64,000 bases of DNA, from NCBI GenBank assembly GCA_964016885.1, contig OZ024741.1, forward strand, positions 248,744,001-248,808,000, read 5' to 3'. Under the pieces are notes generated by a model. That model was not told where the DNA came from. It ran no database searches and saw nothing but the letters and a program-made list of their open reading frames with translations. A program made the position numbers and the translations under genes. Shown piece after piece: positions 9,380 to 21,559 of the stretch (within the stretch, counting starts at the first letter, position 1; each line of letters opens with the position of its first letter). Source of the stretch: Eledone cirrhosa (lineage: Eukaryota).

Positions 9380-12300
9380 GCCGTCCAAGGGGAGATAAGT
9401 TCCAGCCTCCAAGGGGAGAAAATTTCCAGCCAGCCAAGGGGAGATAATTTGTAAAAAAATCAGGGGGAGATAATTTGTAAAAAAAAAATCAGGGGGAGAT
9501 AATTTGTAAAAAAATCAGGGGGAGATAATTTGTAAAAAAAAAATCAGGGGGAGATAATTTGTAAAAAAAATCAGGGGGAGATAATTTGTAGAAAAAATCA
9601 GGGGTAGATAATTTGTAAAAAAAATCAGGGGGAGATAATTTGTAAAAAAAATCAGGGGGAGATAATTTGTAAAAAAAATCAGGGGTAGATAATTTTCAGC
9701 CGTCCAAGGGGAGATAATTTCCATCCTTCCAAGGGGAGATAATTTCCAGCCGTCCAAGGGGAGATAATTTCCCGCCAGCCAAGGAGAGATAACATTTAAA
9801 AAAATCAGGCGGAGATAATTTGTAAAAAAAATCAGGGGGAGATAATTTGTAAAAAAATCAGGGGGAGATAATTTGTAAAAAAAATCAGGGGTAGATAATT
9901 TCCAGCCGTCCAAGGGGAGATAATTTCCATCCTTCCAAGGGGAGATAATTTCCAGCCGTCCAAGGGGAGATAATTTCCCGCCAGCCAAGGAGAGATAATA
10001 TTTAAAAAAATCAGGCGGAGATAATTTGTAAAAAAAATCAGGCGGAGATAATTTGTAAAAAAAAATCAGGGGGAGATAATTTGTAAAAAAAAATCAGGGG
10101 GAGATAATTTGTAAAAAAATCAAGGGGAGATAATTTCCAGCCGTCCAAGGGGAGATAATTTTCAGCCGTCCAAGGAGAGGTAATTTCTAGCCGTCCAAGG
10201 GGAGATAATTTCCAGCCAGCCAAGGGGAGATAATTTGTAAAAAAATCAGATGTAGATAATTTGTAAAAAAAAATCAGGTGGAGATAATTTGTAAAAAAAA
10301 TCAGGGGGAGATAATTTGTAAAAAAAATCAGGGGTAGATAATTTCCAGCCGTCCAAGGGGAGATAATTTCCATCCTTCCAAGGGGAGATAATTTCCAGCC
10401 GTCCAAGGGGAGATAATTTCCCGCCAGCCAAGGAGAGATAATATTTAAAAAAATCAGGCGGAGATAATTTGTAAAAAAAATCAGGGGGAGATAATTTGTA
10501 AAAAAATCAGGGGGAGATAATTTGTAAAAAAAAATCAGGGGAGATAATTTGTAAAAAAAATCAGGGGGAGATAATTTGTAAAAAAAAATCAGGGGGAGAT
10601 AATTTGTAAAAAAAAAATCAGGGGGAGATAATTTGTAAAAAAATCAAGGGGAGATAATTTCCAGCCGTCCAAGGGGAGATAATTTTCAGCCGTCCAAGGA
10701 GGTAATTTCTAGCCGTCCAAGGGGAGATAATTTCCAGCCGTCCAAGGGGAGATAATTTTTTTTAAAAAATCAGGCGGAGATAATTTGTAAACAAAAATCA
10801 GGGGGAGATAATTTGTAAAAAAAAATCAGGGGGAGATAATTTGTAAAAAAAAATCAGGGGGAGATAATTTGTAAAAAAAATCAAGGGGAGATAATTTCCA
10901 GCCGTCCAAGGGGAGGTAATATCTAGCCATCCAAGGGGAGATAATTTCCAGCCGTCCAAGGGGAGATAATTTCCAGCCGTCCAAGGGGAGATAATATCCA
11001 GCCGTCCAAGGAGACATATTTTCCAGCCGTCCAAGGAGAGGTAATTTCTAGCCGTCCAAGGGGAGATAAGTTCCAGCCTCCAAGGGGAGAAAATTTCCAG
11101 CCAGCCAAGGGGAGATAATTTGTAAAAAAATCAGGGGGAGATAATTTGTAAAAAAAAAATCAGGGGGAGATAATTTGTAAAAAAATCAGGGGGAGATAAT
11201 TTGTAAAAAAAAAATCAGGGGGAGATAATTTGTAAAAAAAATCAGGGGGAGATAATTTGTAGAAAAAATCAGGGGTAGATAATTTGTAAAAAAAATCAGG
11301 GGGAGATAATTTGTAAAAAAAATCAGGGGGAGATAATTTGTAAAAAAAATCAGGGGTAGATAATTTTCAGCCGTCCAAGGGGAGATAATTTCCATCCTTC
11401 CAAGGGGAGATAATTTCCAGCCGTCCAAGGGGAGATAATTTCCCGCCAGCCAAGGAGAGATAACATTTAAAAAAATCAGGCGGAGATAATTTGTAAAAAA
11501 AATCAGGGGGAGATAATTTGTAAAAAAATCAGGGGGAGATAATTTGTAAAAAAAATCAGGGGTAGATAATTTCCAGCCGTCCAAGGGGAGATAATTTCCA
11601 TCCTTCCAAGGGGAGATAATTTCCAGCCGTCCAAGGGGAGATAATTTCCCGCCAGCCAAGGAGAGATAATATTTAAAAAAATCAGGCGGAGATAATTTGT
11701 AAAAAAAATCAGGCGGAGATAATTTGTAAAAAAAAATCAGGGGGAGATAATTTGTAAAAAAAAATCAGGGGGAGATAATTTGTAAAAAAAATCAAGGGGA
11801 GATAATTTCCAGCCGTCCAAGGGGAGATAATTTTCAGCCGTCCAAGGGGAGATAATTTTTTAAAAAAAATCAGGCGGAGATAATTTGTAAACAAAAATCA
11901 GGGGGAGATAATTTTTAAAAAAAAATCAGGGGGAGATAATTTGTAAAAAAAATCAGGGGGAGATAATTTGTAAAAATAATCAAGGGGAGATAATTTTCAG
12001 CCGTCCAAGGGGAGGTAATATCTAGCCATCCAAGGGGAGATAATTTCCAGCCGTCCAAGGGGAGATAATTTCCAGCCGTCCAAGGGGAGATAATATCCAG
12101 CCGTCCAAGGAGACATATTTTCCAGCCGTCCAAGGAGAGGTAATTTCTAGCCGTCCAAGGGGAGATAAGTTCCAGCCTCCAAGGGGAGATAATTTCCAGC
12201 CAGCCAAGGGGAGATAATTTGTAAAAAAATCAGGGGGGAGATAATTTGTAAAAAAAATCAGGGGGAGATAATTTGAAAAAAAAATCAGGGGGAGATAATT

Positions 12301-15300
12301 TGTAAAAAATATCAAGGGGAGATAATTTCCAGCCCTCCAAGGGGCTATAATTTCCAGCCGTGCAAGGGGAGATAATTTCCAGCCGTCCAAGGGGAGATAA
12401 TTTCCATCCTTCCAAGGGGAGATAATTTCCAGCCGTCCAAGGTGAGATAATTTCCCGCCAGCCAAGGGAAGATAATTTTTTAAAAAATCAGGCGGAGATT
12501 GTAAAAAAAATCAGGGGGAGATAATTTGTAAAAAAATCAGGGGGAGATAATTTGTAAAAAAAAAATCAGGGGGAGATAATTTGTAAAAAAAAATCAGGGG
12601 GAGATAATTTGTAAAAAAAATCAGGGGGAGATAATTTGTAAAAAAAATCAGGGGTAGATAATTTGTAAAAAAAATCAGGGGGAGATAATTTGAAAAAAAA
12701 ATCAGGGGGAGATAATTTGTAAAAAAAATCAGGGGTAGATAATTTTCAGCCGTCCAAGGGGAGATAATTTCCATCCTTCCAAGGGGAGATAATTTCCAGC
12801 CGTCCAAAGGGAGATAATTTCCCGCCAGCCAAGGAGAGATAACATTTAAAAAAATCAGGCGGAGATAATTTGTAAAAAAATCAGGGGGAGATAATTTGTA
12901 AAAAAAATCAGGGGTAGATAATTTTCAGCCGTCCAAGGGGAGATAATTTCCATCCTTCCAAGGGGAGATAATTTCCAGCCGTCCAAGGGGAGATAATTTC
13001 CCGCCAGCCAAGGAGAGATAACATTTAAAAAAATCAGGGGGAGATAATTTGTGAAAAAAAATCAGGGGGAGATAATTCGTAAAAAAAATCAGGGGGAGAT
13101 AATTTGTAAAAAAAAATCAGGGGTAGATAATTTGTAAAAAAAAATCAGGGGGAGATAATTTGTAAAAAAAAAATCAGGGGGAGATAATTTGTAAAAAAAT
13201 CAAGGGGAGATAATTTCCAGCCGTCCAAGGGGAGATAATTTTCAGCCGTCCAAGGAGAGGTAATTTCTAGCCGTCCAAGGGGAGATAATTTCCAGCCGTC
13301 CAAGGGGAGATAATTTTTTTAAAAAAATCAGGCGGAGATAATTTGTAAACAAAAATCAGGGGGAGATAATTTGTAAAAAAAAATCAGGGGGAGATAATTT
13401 GTAAAAAAAAATCAGGGGGAGATAATTTGTAAAAAAAATCAAGGGGAGATAATTTGTAAAAAAAAATCAGGGGTAGATAATTTGTAAAAAAAAATCAGGG
13501 GGAGATAATTTGTAAAAAAAAAATCAGGGGGAGATAATTTGTAAAAAAATCAAGGGGAGATAATTTCCAGCCGTCCAAGGGGAGATAATTTTCAGCCGTC
13601 CAAGGACAGGTAATTTCTAGCCGTCCAAGGGGAGATAATTTCCAGCCAGCCAAGGGGAGATAATTTGTAAAAAAATCAGGGGTAGATAATTTGTAAAAAA
13701 AAATCAGGGGGAGATAATTTGTAAAAAAAATCAGGGGGAGATAATTTGTAAAAAAAATCAGGGGTAGATAATTTCCAGCCGTCCAAGGGGAGATAATTTC
13801 CATCCTTCCAAGGGGAGACAATTTCCAGCCGTCCAAGGGGAGATAATTTCCCGCCAGCCAAGGAGAGATAACATTTAAAAAAATCAGGCGGAGATAATTT
13901 GTAAAAAAAATCAGGGGGAGATAATTTGTAAAAAAATCAGGGGGAGATAATTTGTAAAAAAAATCAGGGGTAGATAATTTCCAGCCGTCCAAGGGGAGAT
14001 AATTTCCATCCTGCCAAGGGGAGATAATTTCCAGCCGTCCAAGGGGAGATAATTTCCCGCCAGCCAAGGAGAGATAATATTTAAAAAAATCAGGCGGAGA
14101 TAATTTGTAAAAAAAATCAGGGGGAGATAATTTGTAAAAAAATTAGGGGGAGATAATTTGTAAAAAAAAATCAGGGGAGATAATTTGTTAAAAAAATCAG
14201 GGGGAGATAATTTGTAAAAAGAAATCAGGGGTAGATAATTTGTAAAAAAAAATCAGGGGGAGATAATTTGTAAAAAAAAAATCAGGGGGAGATAATTTGT
14301 AAAAAAATCAAGGGGAGATAATTTCCAGCCGTCCAAGGGGAGATAATTTTCAGCCGTCCAAGGAGGTAATTTCTAGCCGTCCAAGGGGAGATAATTTCCA
14401 GCCGTCCAAGGGGAGATAATTTTTTTTTAAAAATCAGGCGGAGATAATTTGTAAACAAAAATCAGGGGGAGATAATTTGTAAAAAAAAATCAGGGGGAGA
14501 TAATTTGTAAAAAAAAATCAGGGGGAGATAATTTGTAAAAAAAATCAAGGGGAGATAATTTCCAGCCGTCCAAGGGGAGGTAATATTTAGCCATCCAAGG
14601 GGAGATAATTTCCAGCCGTCCAAGGGGAGATAATTTCCAGCCGTCCAAGGGGAGATAATATCCAGCCGTCCAAGGAGACATATTTTCCAGCCGTCCAAGG
14701 AGAGGTAATTTCTAGCCGTCCAAGGGGAGATAAGTTCCAGCCTCCAAGGGGAGATAATTTCCAGCCAGCCAAGGGGAGATAATTTGTAAAAAAATCAGGG
14801 GGGAGATAATTTGTAAAAAAAATCAGGGGGAGATAATTTGAAAAAAAAATCAGGGGGAGATAATTTGTAAAAAATATCAAGGGGAGATAATTTCCAGCCC
14901 TCCAAGGGGCTATAATTTCCAGCCGTGCAAGGGGAGATAATTTCCAGCCGTCCAAGGGGAGATAATTTCCATCCTTCCAAGGGGAGATAATTTCCAGCCG
15001 TCCAAGGGGAGATAATTTCCCGCCAGCCAAGGGAAGATAATTTTTTAAAAAATCAGGCGGAGATTGTAAAAAAAATCAGGGGGAGATAATTTGTAAAAAA
15101 ATCAGGGGGAGATAATTTGTAAAAAAAAATCAGGGGGAGATAATTTGTAAAAAAAAATCAGGGGGAGATAATTTGTAAAAATAATCAGGGGGAGATAATT
15201 TGTAAAAAAAATCAGGGGTAGATAATTTGTAAAAAAAATCAGGGGGAGATAATTTGTAAAAAAAATCAGGGGGAGATAATTTGTAAAAAAAATCAGGGGT

Positions 15301-17982
15301 AGATGATTTTCAGCCGTCCAAGGGGAGATAATTTCCATCCTTCCAAGGGGAGATAATTTCCAGCCGTCCAAGGGGAGATAATTTCCCGCCAGCCAAGGAG
15401 AGATAACATTTAAAAAAATCAGGCGGAGATAATTTGTAAAAAAATCAGGGGGAGATAATTTGTAAAAAAAATCAGGGGTAGATAATTTTCAGCCGTCCAA
15501 GGGGAGATAATTTCCATCCTTCCAAGGGGAGATAATTTCCAGCCGTCCAAGGGGAGATAATTTCCCGCCAGCCAAGGAGAGATAACATTTAAAAAAATCA
15601 GGGGGAGATAATTTGTAAAAAAAAATCAGTGGGAGATAATTCGTAAAAAAAATGAGGGGGAGATAATTTGTAAAAAAAAATCAGGGGTAGATAATTTGTA
15701 AAAAAAAATCAGGGGGAGATAATTTGTAAAAAAAAAATCAGGGGGAGATAATTTGTAAAAAAATCAAGGGGAGATAATTTCCAGCCGTCCAAGGGGAGAT
15801 AATTTTCAGCCGTCCAAGGAGAGTTAATTTCTAGCCGTCCAAGGGGAGATAATTTCCAGCCGTCCAAGGGGAGATAATTTTTTTAAAAAAATCAGGCGGA
15901 GATAATTTGTAAACAAAAATCAGGGGGAGATAATTTGTAAAAAAAAATCAGGGGGAGATAATTTATAAAAAAAAATCAGGGGGAGATAATTTGTAAAAAA
16001 AATCAAGGGGAGATAATTTGTAAAAAAAAATCAGGGGTAGATAATTTGTAAAAAAAAATCAGGGGGAGATAATTTGTAAAAAAAAAATCAGGGGGAGATA
16101 ATTTGTAAAAAAATCAAGGGGAGATAATTTCCAGCCGTCCAAGGGGAGATAATTTTCAGCCGTCCAAGGAGAGGTAATTTCTAGCCGTCCAAGGGGAGAT
16201 AATTTCCAGCCAGCCAAGGGGAGATAATTTGTAAAAAATCAGATGTAGATAATTTGTAAAAAAAAATCAGGGGGAGATAATTTGTAAAAAAAATCAGGGG
16301 GAGATAATTTGTAAAAAAAATCAGGGGTAGATAATTTTAAGCCGTCCAAGGGGAGATAATTTCCATCCTTCCAAGGGGAGATAATTTCCAGCCGTCCAAG
16401 GGGAGATAATTTCCCGCCAGCCAAGGAGAGATAATATTTAAAAAAATCAGGCGGAGATAATTTGTAAAAAAAATCAGGGGGAGATAATTTGTAAAAAAAT
16501 CAGGGGGAGATAATTTGTAAAAAAAAATCCGGGGAGATAATTTGTAAAAAAAATCAGGGGGAGATAATTTGTAAAAAAAAATCAGGGGTAGATAATTTGT
16601 AAAAAAAAATCAGGGGGAGATAATTTGTAAAAAAAAAATCAGGGGGAGATAATTTGTAAAAAAATCAAGGGGAGATAATTTCCAGCCGTCCAAGGGGAGA
16701 TAATTTTCAGCCGTCCAAGGAGGTAATTTCTAGCCGTCCAAGGGGAGATAATTTCCAGCCGTCCAAGGGGAGATAATTTTTTTTAAAAAATCAGGCGGAG
16801 ATAATTTGTAAACAAAAATCAGGGGGAGATAATTTGTAAAAAAAAATCAGGGGGAGATAATTTGTAAAAAAAAATCAGGGGGAGATAATTTGTAAAAAAA
16901 ATCAAGGGGAGATAATTTCCAGCCGTCCAAGGGGAGGTAATATCTAGCCATCCAAGGGGAGATAATCTCCAGCCGTCCAAGGGGAGATAATTTCCAGCCG
17001 TCCAAGGGGAGATAATATCCAGCCGTCCAAGGAGACATATTTTCCAGCCGTCCAAGGAGAGGTAATTTCTAGCCGTCCAAGGGGAGATAAGTTCCAGCCT
17101 CCAAGGGGAGAAAATTTCCAGCCAGCCAAGGGGAGATAATTTGTAAAAAAATCAGGGGGAGATAATTTGTAAAAAAAAAATCAGAGGGAGATAATTTGTA
17201 AAAAAATCAGGGGGAGATAATTTGTAAAAAAAAAATCAGGGGGAGATAATTTGTAAAAAAAATCAGGGGGAGATAATTTGTAGAAAAAATCAGGGGTAGA
17301 TAATTTGTAAAAAAAATCAGGGGGAGATAATTTGTAAAAAAAATCAGGGGGAGATAATTTGTAAAAAAAATCAGGGGTAGATAATTTTCAGCCGTCCAAG
17401 GGGAGATAATTTCCATCCTTCCAAGGGGAGATAATTTCCAGCCGTCCAAGGGGAGATAATTTCCCGCCAGCCAAGGAGAGATAACATTTAAAAAAATCAG
17501 GCGGAGATAATTTGTAAAAAAAATCAGGGGGAGATAATTTGTAAAAAAATCAGGGGGAGATAATTTGTAAAAAAAATCAGGGGTAGATAATTTCCAGCCG
17601 TCCAAGGGGAGATAATTTCCATCCTTCCAAGGGGAGATAATTTCCAGCCGTCCAAGGGGAGATAATTTCCCGCCAGCCAAGGAGAGATAATATTTAAAAA
17701 AATCAGGCGGAGATAATTTGTAAAAAAAATCAGGCGGAGATAATTTGTAAAAAAAAATCAGGGGGAGATAATTTGTAAAAAAAAATCAGGGGGAGATAAT
17801 TTGTAAAAAAAAATCAGGGGGAGATAATTTGTAAAAAAAATCAAGGGGAGATAATTTCCAGCCGTCCAAGGGGAGATAATTTTCAGCCGTCCAAGGAGAG
17901 GTAAATTCTAGCCGTCCAAGGAGATATAATTTCCAGCCGTCCAAGGGGAGATAATTTCCAGCCGTCCAAGGGGAGATAATTT
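9380..17982. repeat. About 8.6-kb segment, copy 1 (copy 2 at about 27356-36831)
   Basis: ORF offsets 17976-18004 (9515/27491, 10798/28802, 12022/30000) then 18849 (13495/32344 through 17207/36056). Shared private variants CATCCTGCC, TTGTTAAAA, GTAAAAAGAAA, TTTTAAGCC, TCAGAGGGAG at matching offsets. Left boundary approximate. Confidence 0.88.
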
Positions 17983-18109
17983 GTAAAAAAAAATCAGGGG
18001 GAGATAATTTGTAAAAAAAATCAGGGGGAGATAATTTGTAAAAAAAATCAGGGGTAGATAATTTTCAGCCGTCCAAGGAGAGGTAATTTCTAGCCGTCCA
18101 AGGGAAGAT

Positions 18110-19798
18110 AATTTCCAGCCGTCCAAGGGGAGATAATTTTTTTAAAAAAATCAGGCGGAGATAATTTGTAAACAAAAATCAGGGGGAGATAATTTGTAAA
18201 AAAAAATCAGGGGGAGATAATTTGTAAAAAAAAATCAGGGGGAGATAATTTGTAAAAAAAATCAAGGGGAGATAATTTCCAGCCGTCCAAGGGGAGGTAA
18301 TATCTAGCCATCCAAGGGGAGATAATTTCCAGCCGTCCAAGGGGAGATAATTTCCAGCCGTCCAAGGGGAGATAATATCCAGCCGTCCAAGGAGACATAT
18401 TTTCCAGCCGTCCAAGGAGACGTAATTTCTAGCCGTCCAAGGGGAGATAAGTTCCAGCCTCCAAGGGGAGATAATTTCCAGCCAGCCAAGGGGAGATAAT
18501 TTGTAAAAAAATTAGGGGGAGATAATTTGTAAAAAAAAATTAGGGGGAGATAATTTGTAAAAAAAAATCAGGGGGAGATAATTTGTAAAAAAAAATCAGG
18601 GGGAGATAATTTGTAAAAAAAATCAAGGGGAGATAATTTCCAGCCAGCCAAGGGGAGATAATTTGTAAAAAAATTAGGGGGAGATAATTTGTAAAAAAAA
18701 ATTAGGGGGAGATAATTTGTAAAAAAAAATCAGGGGGAGATAATTTCCAGCCGTCCAAGGGGAGATAATTTCCATCCTTCCATGTGGAGATAATTTCCAG
18801 CCGTCCAAGGGGAGATAATTTCCCGCCAGCCAAGGAGAGATAATATTTAAAATAATCAGGCGGAGATAATTTGTAAAAAAAATCAGAGGGAGATAATTTG
18901 TAAAAAAATCAGGGGGAGATAATTTGTAAAAAAAAAATCAGGGGGAGATAATTTGTAAAAAAAATCAGGGGGAGATAATTTGTAAAAAAAAATCAGGGGT
19001 AGATAATTTGTAAAAAAAAATCAGGGGGAGATAATTTGTAAAAAAAAATCAGGGGGAGATAATTTGTAAAAAAATCAAGGGGAGATAATTTCCAGCCGTC
19101 CAAGGGGAGATAATTTTCAGCCGTCCAAGGAGAGGTAATTTCTAGCCGTCCAAGGGGAGATAATTTCCAGCCGTCCAAGGGGAGATAATTTTTTTAAAAA
19201 AATCAGGCGGAGATAATTTGTAAACAAAAATCAGGGGGAGATAATTTGTAAAAAAAAATCAGGGGGAGATAATTTGTAAAAAAAAATCAGGGGGAGATAA
19301 TTTGTAAAAAAAATCAAGGGGAGATAATTTCCAGCCGTCCAAGGGGAGGTAATATCTAGCCATCCAAGGGGAGATAATTTCCAGCCGTCCAAGGGGAGAT
19401 AATTTCCAGCCGTCCAAGGGGAGATAATATCCAGCCGTCCAAGGAGACATATTTTCCAGCCGTCCAAGGAGACGTAATTTCTAGCCGTCCAAGGGGAGAT
19501 AAGTTCCAGCCTCCAAGGGGAGATAATTTCCAGCCAGCCAAGGGGAGATAATTTGTAAAAAAATTAGGGGGAGATAATTTGTAAAAAAAAATTAGGGGGA
19601 GATAATTTGTAAAAAAAAATCAGGGGGAGATAATTTGTAAAAAAAAATCAGGGGGAGATAATTTGTAAAAAAAATCAAGGGGAGATAATTTCCAGCCAGC
19701 CAAGGGGAGATAATTTGCAAAAAAATTAGGGGGAGATAATTTGTAAAAAAAAATTAGGGGGAGATAATTTGTAAAAAAAAATCAGGGGGAGATAATTT
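18110..19798. repeat. 1052-bp-offset partial duplication of a GAGACGTAAT/ATTAGGGGG subfamily
   Basis: ORFs 18179/19231 and 18304/19356; GAGACGTAAT with C at 18421 and 19473; clustered ATTAGGGGG monomers and an isolated single B monomer in both copies. Boundaries approximate. Confidence 0.8.
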
Positions 19799-21559
19799 GT
19801 AAAAAAAAATCAGGGGGAGATAATTTGTAAAAAAAAATCAGGGGGAGATAATTTGTAAAAAAAAAATCAGGCGGAGATAATTTGTAAAAAAATCAAGGGG
19901 AGATAATTTCCAGCCGTCCAAGGGGAGATAATTTTCAGCCGTCCAAGGAGAGGTAATTTCTAGCCGTCCAAGGGGAGATAATTTCCAGCCGTCCAAGGGG
20001 AGATAATTTTTTTTAAAAAATCAGGCGGAGATAATTTATAAACAAAAATCAGGGGGAGATAATTTGTAAAAAAAAATCAGGGGGAGATAATTTGTAAAAA
20101 AAATCAGGGGGAGATAATTTGTAAAAAAAATCAAGGGGAGATAATTTGTAAAAAAAAATCAGGGGTAGATAATTTGTAAAAAAAAATCAGGGGGAGATAA
20201 TTTGTAAAAAAAAAATCAGGGGGAGATAATTTGTAAAAAAATCAAGGGGAGATAATTTCCAGCCGTCCAAGGGGAGATAATTTTCAGCCGTCCAAGGAGA
20301 GGTAATTTCTAGCCGTCCAAGGGGAGATAATTTCCAGCCAGCCAAGGGGAGATAATTTGTAAAAAAATCAGGGGTAGATAATTTGTAAAAAAAAATCAGG
20401 GGGAGATAATTTGTAAAAAAAATCAGGGGGAGATAATTTGTAAAAAAAATCAGGGGTAGATAATTTCCAGCCGTCCAAGGGGAGATAATTTCCATCCTTC
20501 CAAGGGGAGATAATTTCCAGCCGTCCAAGGGGAGATAATTTCCCGCCAGCCAAGGAGAGATAATATTTAAAAAAATCAGGCGGAGATAATTTGTAAAAAA
20601 AATCAGGGGGAGATAATTTGTAAAAAAATCAGGAGGAGATAATTTGTAAAAAAAAATCAGGGGAGATAATTTGTAAAAAAAATCAGGGGGAGATAATTTG
20701 TAAAAAAAAATCAGGGGTAGATAATTTGTAAAAAAAATCAGGGGGAGATAATTTGTAAAAAAAAAATCAGGGGGAGATAATTTGTAAAAAAATCAAGGGG
20801 AGATAATTTCCAGCCGTCCAAGGGGAGATAATTTTCAGCCGTCCAAGGAGGTAATTTCTAGCCGTCCAAGGGGAGATAATTTCCAGCCGTCCAAGGGGAG
20901 ATAATTTTTTTAAAAAAATCAGGCGGAGATAATTTGTAAACAAAAATCAGGGGGAGATAATTTGTAAAAAAAAATCAGGGGGAGATAATTTGTAAAAAAA
21001 AATCAGGGGGAGATAATTTGTAAAAAAAATCAAGGGGAGATAATTTCCGGCCGTCCAAGGTGAGGTAATATCTAGCCATCCAAGGGGAGATAATTTCCAG
21101 CCGTCCAAGGGGAGATAATTTCCAGCCGTCCAAGGGGAGATAATATCCAGCCGTCCAAGGAGACATATTTTCCAGCCGTCCAAGGAGAGGTAATTTCTAG
21201 CCGTCCAAGGGGAGATAAGTTCCAGCCTCCAAGGGGAGATAATTTCCAGCCAGCCAAGGGGAGATAATTTGTAAAAAAAATCAGGGGGAGATAATTTGTA
21301 AAAAAAAAATCAGGGGGAGATAATTTGTAAAAAAATCAGGGGGAGATAATTTGTAAAAAAAAAATCAGGGGGAGATAATTTGTAAAAAAAATCAGGGGGA
21401 GATAATTTGTAGAAAAAATCAGGGGTAGATAATTTGTAAAAAAAATCAGGGGGAGATAATTTGTAAAAAAAATCAGGGGGAGATAATTTGTAAAAAAAAT
21501 CAGGGGTAGATAATTTGTAAAAAAAAATTAGGGGGAGATAATTTGTAAAAAAAAATCAG

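Larger units (their letters stand above)
1220..10369. repeat. 4558-bp tandem duplication (1220-5777 and 5778-10335, homology extending to 10369)
   Basis: Constant ORF offset of 4558 (1366/5924, 2238/6796, 2878/7436, 3835/8393, 4567/9125, 4957/9515). Private variants shared: GGGGATATAAT (2657/7215), GTAACAAAAAA (3852/8410), GTAAAGAAAA (4640/9198). Confidence 0.93.

Noticed and set aside
18511-18720. TTAGGG telomere-like motifs (ATTAGGGGG)
   Set aside because: Single C-to-T variants of TCAGGGGG, never in tandem. The two-type cassette structure is also unlike a telomerase-templated repeat.
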